From the human T2T-CHM13v2.0 reference genome, Homo sapiens: DNA of 64,000 nucleotides. Positions 52,706 through 64,000 of the stretch are shown here, one piece after another. A model generated the notes under the pieces. It was given only the letters and a program-made list of their open reading frames with translations. It made no database searches and was not told the origin of the DNA. The stretch lies in NCBI RefSeq assembly GCF_009914755.1, contig NC_060935.1; one strand, 5' to 3'. Position 1 is the stretch's first letter; the number at the start of each line of letters is the position of its first letter. Position numbers and translations under genes: made by a program.

Positions 52706-55700
52706 CTCTTATTATTATTAAACCAATCAATTAAAGCTCTTTTACATTACACACACAACACATATAAATACACAGACAGGCAGAAGATAAAGGACTCATT
52801 CCCTAAGCCAGGAATTGAAACCTAAACCTGGGCCGCCATTGTGAAAAGAGAAAGCATGGCCACATGGTTACAAGGTCAAGCTCCCAAGGACATGACTGAC
52901 CAGTTTGCTGGGCAGCCTTGAATAGCGAGCCTATAGGTTCCCAGGCATGCATTTTATCCTAAGGTGCCCCTCTTTATAACAGAACAGTATAGAAAGTCAC
53001 ATAAAGCACTCCGGATTCACTACAGTTTAAGACCAGCCTCAGAATTCTTTTTCTGTATTAATCAAAACTTTGCAGAGGAGATAAACAGTGACTTTTACCA
53101 TTTATTTAACCAGTTTGCAGAGAGAGACAGAGACCAGAGTCTGACTGGTAAGAAATTCTTACCTTTTTGCTGGCATGTCAGGCTTCTGAGTTCTTTCTCC
53201 CTGAGTGGCCCTAGTGGCCCTGCTTAACTGTATGCAGACAAACACATTGCTGTGAATTAAGAATATTCACAAATAGTTTACAAATTTTGGAAAAATTAGG
53301 CAGAGAGAGAAATATGACTCAAATTCTATTTATGAAAGTATGCTCAACACACTTAACATATCAGGAAGCTTAACTCCAAAAAGCTAGTTTAAGATTAAAA
53401 AGCCGGTGTGTTCCATTAATTCCTGAAAGCCTGACAAAGGTAGCCTAGGAATTTCAGCTAAATGGAACCAATGATGACTTGCTAGAAACACATAAGAAAC
53501 AAAATAACTATCCACAGAATCAAATAAAACCCTTCCACTAGAAACTAAAAAAATTCATGGTGTTATATATACATGCATACACAAGCAAAGCCCAGAGGGG
53601 AATAAACAGCAAACAAATGTAAATTAGAAGCAAAAACAAATAAACAGGAAACCAACCCTTAATTTTTCCTATTCAATCTACCCTGGAGGCTATGGTGTTA
53701 CCCAGGGCCCCCCAAAACCCACATGATGAATATTTTATTCCTGATACACAATTCAATATCCTTAAGTTCACCAATATCATCATACATCCTGTGCAATCAA
53801 GAAATTCACTGTAGGCACATGACCAATAAGTACTCCAGTGTCAGCACTATCCATGCAAAACAGTAAACATTGTGTGAAGCAATGCAAGCATGGATGTGAA
53901 ATTTGGCTCCACGCTAAATCCAGCTTCATGCTTAACTATATTTAAAAAAGAATTGCCAAACTGCCAATGCATTTCTTTACAATATTCATTTTATTTTAAT
54001 CAAGACTATGAGCTTTAACCATGAAAATGTTAATTAGCCAAATGTCTCCAATTCTGTATCAGGTTTTAAAGAACATTTTATTATCCAAACATTTCCATGT
54101 CTTTCTCCCCTACTTACTAGTTCTTTACTACATTGTTTCATAAATAACCTTTTCAAATCTGTAATTTGAACCAACTTTTAGATAACTTCTGAATTAGACA
54201 AAGTTATTCTTTTCTCACTAATAACATAACCCTTTCTGGCACATTTTGTATAGAGAATTATGTGTTAACTAGAATTCTTATTTTTAGTAACCTAAAACTT
54301 TAGTGAGACCCTAAAAAGCAAGAAATCCTGAACCATCAGCTATGGGCATTTATAGACAAGAACAATTCCACAATTTTAGAAATATATTTCCCTATATCAT
54401 AACCCTTTCTCAATTGGAAATGACTCATATATTCAATGATCATCAAAAATAATCTTAAGATTTTAATTTATGCAAAAAGTTTACTTAAAACATTTATCCC
54501 ATGTACATGCACTCAATTCCTTCATTTTAAAACAGTTTATCTAGATTACTTCTGTAAACTGAGATATTGGACACTATCATTTGAAGTTAGTTATTTCCTT
54601 GTTAACCATGTTTTTAATCACCAGTGAACATCAGATGCTCAGCTAAACCTAAGTAAGAACCTCAAAGTTAAATACATAGGTATTTTTGCCAACAACTCAA
54701 AAGATTTAGCTAACATTAAATTACTCTTATATGTCAAAAAAAGGTACACAAACCAAGATCATTTTGTTTATAGTTTTATATGTACAAACTGGGTTTATAT
54801 ATACAGGCTGGGTTTATAGTTTTACAACCTTCTATGCTAAACCCTGACATCTCAAAATATCTAGCAGAGACAAATATAAAATCCAGACAAAAATGTATGC
54901 TGACAATTCTGAAGGCATTTCTATTTTTATTTTACCAATTATTTTAAAGCCAGCTTGTTTTGTAAAGTTATACTTAAGTCACGTGAACTTGAAAATTGCT
55001 TGGACTTATTTGCTTAATTTATTAGCGCTCTTTTACTTATAAGCCAATCTGGTAGACACAACATATAACAATAAATTATATACAAATAAACACATCTATA
55101 CATGTATACACACACATGAATGAAGATCTAATAGCTTGGAATCCTAGTCATGAGATAGCAATACAAGCTCACTGGTTTTACTTTGCCCCAGTAGGTAATC
55201 CAACAAAGGCTGTGAACCAAAATTTCAGGTAAAGAAGTTTCCCTGGCAGTTTGATTTTTAAAGCCAAACCTCCCCAGACTCCAAAGAATATTGGGGCCAA
55301 ACAGCACCAAAGGAGAGCATCACAGGTTAACCAGGCCCCCTGCTTAGAACAGCAGCACAAAAGCCTGGCCACATGCAACGCCACCCCACTTTCCCAATCA
55401 ACAGCAAACTTCAGATTCCAAACAACATTGGGGCCAAATGGTATTGCAACTGTGAGAGAAAATTCATAGGAGGGCCTAGCACTGGGCCTCAGCACTTCTG
55501 CCAAGGGCATCCCCTTTGGAGAGGTTGAGGACCGGAGGATCTCCCGGAGCGTCCCCCTTTGGGGTCCAATCTTAGAGTGTCAGATGTCTCTGACCTTAGG
55601 TGGGCACTGGTGCCAGTTGCAAGTTTTCCCACCAGAGGCGATGGCCCACTGTGAGCTTTCCTTTTGTCCCAGGATGAAGGCCTCGACTTCTAGCATCCTT

Positions 55701-56005
55701 ATAATTTGATAAGGCCAAGCTTTCCCATGTTTCCTGTTCCATGAGCTTTAAAGATAGGAACTGAAGGCTAGGCAGGTTTCTCTGCCCTTAGCTAGTGGAG
55801 TAGGGGAAGGGAAGAATTTCGCATAAGAAAAGAAGGTTTAAGTCACCTGAAACTCATGTGAGTTTGCCCGAGCTGCACCAAATGTAGGGATCAGGGACCA
55901 CAACTGGAAAAGATAAAAAATTGTCCTTCAGAGTGGCCCTGGCCAGAAGCCTGCAGTTGCCTCTGTGTTTAGGCGCTGCCCACCAAGTGTCCCAAGTTGG
56001 AAAGG

Positions 56006-56008
<3 letters not shown>

Positions 56009-56061
<53 letters not shown>
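56009..56061. repeat. (AG)n microsatellite in the proviral leader
   Basis: About 25 AG units with one interruption. Confidence 0.95.
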
Positions 56062-56062
<1 letters not shown>

Positions 56063-56913
56063 TCACTTGTATAGAGCAGAAAAGAAAGGGGAAAGGAGAA
56101 AAATAAATCCCAAACTTTGGGCTTACCTCCTGGCTGGTTCACTAAAATATGTTACCAGTTAAAGGTGTCCAGGTTCTTGGCGTCTTGAACAAAGAATTGG
56201 ACAAAACACACAAACAAAGCAAGGAAAGAATGAAGCAACAAACACAGAGATTTATTGAAAATGAAAGTATACCCCATAGGGGCGTCGAGCATAGGGGCTC
56301 AAGAGCCCCATTACAGAGTATTCTGGGTTGAAATATACTCTAGAGGTTTCCATTGGTTACTTGGTGTATGCCCTATGTAAATGAAGAGGATATTTCCTGT
56401 CGTAGCTGAAGTGTTTCCATTTGATTTAGTTCTAGGAAGTCCAGCGTGGATCGGCCTTAGGTTCTCTGCCTCCTGCCTCAGAAGAACAGAGGAGCGTCAG
56501 GGACCCAAAATACCCCTGTGGCTGCCCTCATGCTGGCCCTTAGCAATCAAAGAAATACAGATTTAAATACTAAGGATTTTGTTTTGTTTTATATCTAGGA
56601 GGAGGTCCCTAGTTTGGAGAACAGGCTGTTTCATACCCAGCTTGAGACACAGCATTGGCACAAACCTTGCTGAGGAGCAATTTGGCAATATGTTCCCTAT
56701 GCCCTAAAAATTGCCTCAGTAATTTCACTTCTGTAATACTCTTCTTAGGAAACAATTATAGGTAAGTAAAAGATTTAGCTACAATAATACTTATTTTGCT
56801 ACTTATAATAGCAAAAATATTGAAGACATTCTAAAGATTCATCAATAGCATGGCTGTTTAAGTAACTTATGTCTCAGGACAGAATATTGGCAACCATTAA
56901 ATTTCAGCTGCAT

Positions 56914-57058
56914 GGCCAGGTGAGGTGGCTCACACCTGTAATCCCAGCACTTCAGGAGGTGGAGGCAGGAGGATTGCTTGAGCCTAGGAGTCAGAGACCA
57001 ACCTGGGCAATACAGTGAGACTCATCTCAAAAAAAGAAGAAGAAAAAGAAAAAAAAAA
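56914..57058 (+). mobile_element. Alu monomer (FLAM-like) directly upstream of the SVA
   Basis: Left monomer with an A-rich tail. Confidence 0.85.
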
Positions 57059-57070
57059 TTAAGCTGCACA

Positions 57071-58353
57071 GCTCTCCCTCTCCCTCTCCCTCTCCCTCTG
57101 CCTCTCCCTCTCCCTCTCCCTCTCCCTCCACGGTCTCCCTCTGATGCCGAGCCGAAGCTGGACTGTACTGCTGCCATCTCGGCTCACTGCAACCTCCCTG
57201 CCTGATTCTCCTGCCTCAGCCTGCCGAGTGCCTGCGATTGCAGGCGCGCGCCGCCACACCTGACTGGTTTTCGTATTTTTTTGGTGGAGACGGGGTTTCG
57301 CTGTGTTGGCTGGGCTGGTCTCCAGCTCCTAACCGTGAGTGATCCGCCAGCCTCGGCCTCCCGAGGTGCCGGGATTGCAGATGGAGTCTGGTTCACTCAG
57401 TGCTCAATGGTGCCCAGGCTGGAGTGCAGTGGCGTGATCTCGGCTCACTACAACCTCCACCTCCCAGCCGCCTGCCTTGGCCTCCCAAAGTGCCTAGAGT
57501 GCAGCCTCTGCCCGGCCGCCACCCCGTCTGGGAAGTGAGGAGTGTCTCTGCCTGGCTGCCCATCGTCTAGGACGTGAGGAGCCCCTCTGCCTGGCTGCCC
57601 AGTCTGGAAAGTGAGGAGCGTCTCTGCCCGGCCGCCATCCCATCTAGGAAGTGAGGAGCGTCTCTGCCTGGCCGCCCATCGTCTGAGATGTGGGGAGCGC
57701 CTCTGCCCCACTGCCCCGTCTGGGATGTGAGGAGCGCCTCTGCCCGGCCGCGACCCCATCTGGGAGGTGAGGAGCGTCTCTGCCCAGCCGCCCCATCTGA
57801 GAAGTGAGGAGTCCCTCCGCCTGGCAACCGCCCCGTCTGAGAAGTGAGGAGCTCCTCCGCCCGGCAGCCGCCCCATCTGAGAAGTGAGGAGCCCCTCTGC
57901 CCGGCAGCCACCCCATCTGGGAAGTGAGGAGCGTCTCCACCCGGCAGCCACCCCGTCCGGGAGGGAGGTGGGGGTCAGCCCCCGCCAGGCCAGCCGCCCG
58001 GTCCGGGAGGGAGGTGGGGGGGTCAGCCCCCCGCCCGGCCAGCCGCCCCGTCTGGGAGGTGAGGGGCGCCTCTGCCCGGCCGCCCCTACTGGGAAGTGAG
58101 GAGACCCTCTGCCCAGCCACCACCCCGTCTGGGAGGCGTACCCAACAGCTCGTTGAGAACGGGCCATGATGACAATGGCAGTTCTGTGGAGTGGAAAGGG
58201 GGGAAAGGTGGGGAAAAGATTGAGAAATCGGATGGTTGCCGTGTCTGTGTAGAAAGAAGTAGACATGGGAGACTTTTCATTTTGTTCTGTACTAAGAAAA
58301 ATTCTTCTGCCTTGGAAAAAAAAAAAAAAAAGAAACTGGTAAAAAAAAAAAAA
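57071..58353 (+). mobile_element. SVA (SVA_D-like), intact 5' end, SINE-R truncated at 58315
   Basis: (CCCTCT)n at 57072-57128, Alu-like domain, GC-rich VNTR at about 57500-58135, start of SINE-R, poly(A). TSD A(n)TTAAGCTGCACA ending at 57070 and 58365. Confidence 0.95.
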
Positions 58354-58384
58354 TTAAGCTGCACATAGGCAATTTTTTTTTTAA

Positions 58385-59290
58385 AATCTTTGATTCCTAT
58401 CTCACATCTTATATAAAAATTAACTCAAAATGGATCACAGACCTAAATGTAAAACAAAATGTTACAATTTTTAGGAAAAAACATAGGAGAAAATCTCTAA
58501 GATCAAGGACTAGGCAAAGGGATTTTTAGACTTCAGATCAAAAGCAGACTCCACAAATGAAAAAAATTGATAAACTGGACCTCATCAAAATTTAAAAGTT
58601 TGTTTTATAAAAGAACCTGTGAAAAAGATGAAAAATTAAAGTACAGGTTGAGCTAAAATAGTTGCAAACCACACATCCAACAAAGAACCTATATGTAGTA
58701 TGTATAAAGAATTCTCAAAACTCAGCAGTAAAAAGAACAAAATCTCAATCAGAATATGGGCAAAAAAACATGAACAGATATTTCACCAAATAAAATATAC
58801 AAAAGGCAAATAAGCACATTAAAAGATGTTCCACATAATTGGCCATCAGTGAAATGCAAATTAAAACCACAATGATGTAACACTACATACCTACCACAGC
58901 GGCTAAAATAAAAAATAGTGACAACACCAAATGCTGGCAAGAATGTGGAGAAAGTGGATCACTTGTGCAAAGCTGGTGGGAATGCAAAAGGACACAGCCA
59001 TTCTGGAAAACAGTCTTATAATTTGTTATAAAACTAAACAATACACTCATCATACAACCCAGCAATCACACTCTTAGGCATTCATCCCAGAGAAATGAAG
59101 ACATATTCACACGAAACCTGGACACAAACCTTCATAATAATCATCTGTAATAGTCAAAAAGGGGAAACAACTCTGATGCTCTCCAACAGGTGAAAGGTAT
59201 AGAAACCATAGTATATCCATACTATAAAATCCTGCATAGCAATATAAAGGAACACATTATTGACACTTGTAAAGGTTTCAAAGGAATTAT
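58385..59290 (+). mobile_element. Old L1M ORF2 3' fragment
   Basis: Decayed ORF2 C-terminal sequence (aaaattaactcaaaatggatcacagacctaaatgt, gaaatgcaaattaaaaccacaatg). Confidence 0.8.
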
Positions 59291-59309
59291 GAAATATATC
59301 CAATCCCAA

Positions 59310-59560
59310 AATGTTATATATTATATGATTCTAATAATATATAATATAATATAATATATGATTCTAATAATATATAATATAATATAATTATAATAATATA
59401 CAATATATAATATATTAACATTAATATATATTAATATATATTATATATAAAATATATATTATAATATTATATAGTTATATATTAATAGTATATAATATTA
59501 TTGATAATCAATATAATAATATTGAAATAATGTTAAGATTATGTAGAATATATAATATTC
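59310..59560. repeat. AT-rich low-complexity (TATAA)n region
   Basis: Near-pure A/T with a duplicated atatgattctaataatatataatataatataat unit. Confidence 0.9.
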
Positions 59561-60973
59561 TTGGAATCATATAGCATGTAACAAAAAGTAGTATGTATGT
59601 AATCAAACGAATACACACTTTAGTGTATTTCTTGCATTACAATGTAATCATAGAAATACACTATACTATCTTTATACCCTATAAGAATGGTATGTAACAT
59701 TCCAATCATACTTACTATATAATTTCAAGAATACATAATATTCTTTCTTTTTTTTTTAACTCAGGGTCTTGTTCTGTCACACAGGCTGGAGTACAGTGGC
59801 GCGATCTCCGCTCACTGCAGCCTCCACCCCTCCCCCGATATCTGCTGATATGACTAGTCCTGCCTGGACACTGCAGGGACACACGACATCCATCCCCCTT
59901 TCAGGAGAAGGAGGTGGGAGGGAGACATAGGAGGCATCTCAGTGCCAAGCCTCCCCAGCACGCACACACACACAGAGGAGCCTGCGTGTATTCATCCACA
60001 CACCTCACTGCCCAGGAACGACTTCCAGGGTTCCCAAATCCCTCATATCCCACCAGGAATTTCAGCTCTGCTCTTGTAGCCCTAAGGGAAATGAGTCAGT
60101 GGGAGGAGCTGAGGAAAACAAAGAGAGGAAGGAAGGAGGCAGTTCCGGGTTTCCCACAGGAGTTCTGAGGTAACTTTATGAGAGTCACTTCTCCTCTTGG
60201 AACCTCAGCTTCCTCATTTGCCAATCAGGGTGTGGGTCCCTATCCTAAACCACACTGGGGCCACCATGAGGATCCAATAAGATCAGGAATAGAAAAGAGC
60301 TTAGAAAAATCAGGGACCTGGGTCAGATAGCAGAGGGTGGTACAGGGGCTATTGCTGTATAAAGTGGTCTGAGATCTTCCTTCCTTCCCTTCTCATTCAT
60401 TCATTCATTCATTCATGCCTTCTCTCTTGGCCAAGCCCTGAACCAGGCAGTAGAGATGGAGAGATGAGTCAGCCAGGGTATTACCCTCAGGAGTACCCGT
60501 GGTGGTAGTGATGTGGGATGGGGAAGGGAGAAATGGAATCAACTCAGTCTGCGGAACACAAGGAAGGCTTCATGGAGGAAGTGACCTGGGGCTGGGATTT
60601 GAAGAAGTAATAAGAGTTTGCCCTGATGCACAAGATGGGGAAGGGCATAGCAGACTTACAAAGCAAAGGCATAGACATGAAAAAGCACCTCCCCCTCTCA
60701 GTGCATGACAGATTCCAGGAAGAGCTTTCTAAAGATACGTGCAAAGAGGGAGAAAGACTTCTAGGAAAGGAAGGGCGTGTGAAGGGGCCAGCTTTGTTTG
60801 GAATGCTCTGGCGAGTCAGCATTATGTGGTGAATGGAGGGGCTGGAATACAAGGCCTTTTGGGTTTTCTTAGGTCTAAGCTCTGAGTTAACCCTGATTAG
60901 AAAGAAAATATAAGGTTTCTATGCCTCTGCACCCAAGAAGCAGTGCCACATCTGAGGACTAAAGAAAAATCTC

Positions 60974-61312
<339 letters not shown>

Positions 61313-61993
61313 TCACGCTATTACCAAACTCACAGGTGAGGTTTGCATGCTCTGGCAGGCAACCTCAAACACCCACAGCCTCTCTTGCCAGGGGCCTGAG
61401 GGCATTTGTCTTCCCATAATTAAGTCTTGGCATCCCATTCTGAGTTTTTCCAGGGAGGACCTGGGCCCCAGGCCTTCCGCCTGAGTAAAAACCTGTTAAA
61501 GCATGTGTGGGCTGGGTGTGGGCTATGTGGAAGGGCCAAGATGAAATGGCCAGCGCCTGCACTCCCAGCAGAAGAGGCAGCCCAGTCAGCATCCTGACCT
61601 CTGAGGACTCCCAACTAGCACCCAGTGATACACAGGACTTTTCTCCTTCTGATGCCTATAATCAATTTCTCCCTAATTCCCCTGAGATCTGCCCCCTGAA
61701 AACACAGGTCCAGTCATCCCCATTAAGCACTGGTCTCCTCCCCTGCCAAGACTGGGAGCTTTTGGCTTCTTTCTCTGCCCTCAAGGACAGTAGCTGAGTA
61801 AACTGAATATTATCCTGGTTCAAGCTGACTCAGAATGGAGAGGAAGAGGAATTTGTAGGGTAATCTCTAGGAGTCCAGGCCTTTGTGATGGTCTAGAGAC
61901 AGTGGCTGAGGTCTGAGCTGGGCCGAGGACCTGGATAGGAAGAGAGACCACAAGACTCTGTGACTGACTGAATATGGGAGTGAGAGGGAGGGG

Positions 61994-62700
61994 TGCAGAC
62001 CAAAAGTAAAATTCTAAGCCCCCCAACTGACTGAATGGACCCCCATCTTGGCCAAGGGGATCCCCCAAAAACCTGAAAAACTAGTACAGGCCATGACAGG
62101 AAGAGGAAGTCCAACATGTCTCCTTATAACCACTTCCTTTGGAGTTTAGGCACAGCTGACCAATGTCTATATTAAAACAGAGATCATAAGACTGACAAAA
62201 CAGACTATTTGTAGCAATAAGATACCAAATTCCAACCTAGCTCTAGTATAGCATCACATGACGGATAGCAGGCCCTGAAAGAAATCTAAGTATTTTAGCC
62301 CAAAATATATCTCTTTGACATATCCTGAAATGACCCTGCAAAGCTGGTCTTTTGCTGGGGAAGTGTGCATTCTGTAGATAATCTCCTTCCCTTAAGTGGG
62401 TCTTTTCCAGGGAGTCTAATACCCTTTAAGTTTCCATAAGAGACATTTACCATCTACTGCTTACTTAGAGGCTTTGTCTATATAACAAGAACATAGCAAG
62501 AACCTTGGCTTCCAGTCCCCTTATCTCAATGCACATCTCTCTTTCTGCTGACTCAATTCTTTAGGAAAAGATCAACTCTTTCAACCAATTGCCAATCAGG
62601 AAATCTTTAAATCCACCTATGACCTGTAACCCCCCAGCTTAGAGATGTCCTACCTTTCTGGGCTGAATCAATGTATACCTTGAAAGTATCAATTTATGTC
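61994..62700 (+). mobile_element. MER4-family (MER4D/E-like) ERV1 LTR, interrupted by L1PA
   Basis: Starts tgcagaccaaaagtaaaattctaagccccccaactgactgaatggacccc, matching the recalled MER4E-type 5' end. Confidence 0.7.

Positions 62701-64000
<1,300 letters not shown>

Noticed and set aside
57500-58135. Regularly spaced repeats resembling a CRISPR array
   Set aside because: No unique spacers. This is the SVA VNTR in a human sequence.
57448-58266. 272-aa minus-strand ORF with repeated peptides
   Set aside because: Translation of the SVA VNTR.

Overview
Human (hominid) genomic DNA containing the whole TSKU (Tsukushi; LRRC54/E2IG4) gene on the + strand. From recall this is chr11q13.5. A non-coding first exon lies in a CpG island at about 19.3-21.1 kb. 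A 12.2-kb intron follows, then a single coding exon (31920 to about 34458) encoding the 353-aa secreted small leucine-rich proteoglycan. The rest is intergenic or intronic DNA rich in transposons: a full-length THE1 (MaLR) in the TSKU intron, a ~9.5-kb two-LTR MER61-type ERV1 provirus carrying a nested MER11 solo LTR and three Alus, a 3'-truncated SVA, old and young L1 fragments, and many Alu/MIR/L2 copies. I see no second protein-coding gene and no wholly new gene system. The most interesting signals are regulatory and mutational: (1) a templated fold-back insertion inside an Alu that created three DR4-spaced nuclear-receptor half-sites; (2) a perfect ERE built from a MIR; (3) a sense THE1 3' LTR with a DUX4 motif and splice donors 2.8 kb upstream of the self-contained coding exon; (4) a captured MIR-bearing fragment inside the younger THE1; (5) a prematurely polyadenylated SVA with an interrupted tail; (6) divergent CTCF motifs downstream of the gene. 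Repeat subfamily names come from remembered consensus sequences and should be confirmed with RepeatMasker/Dfam.
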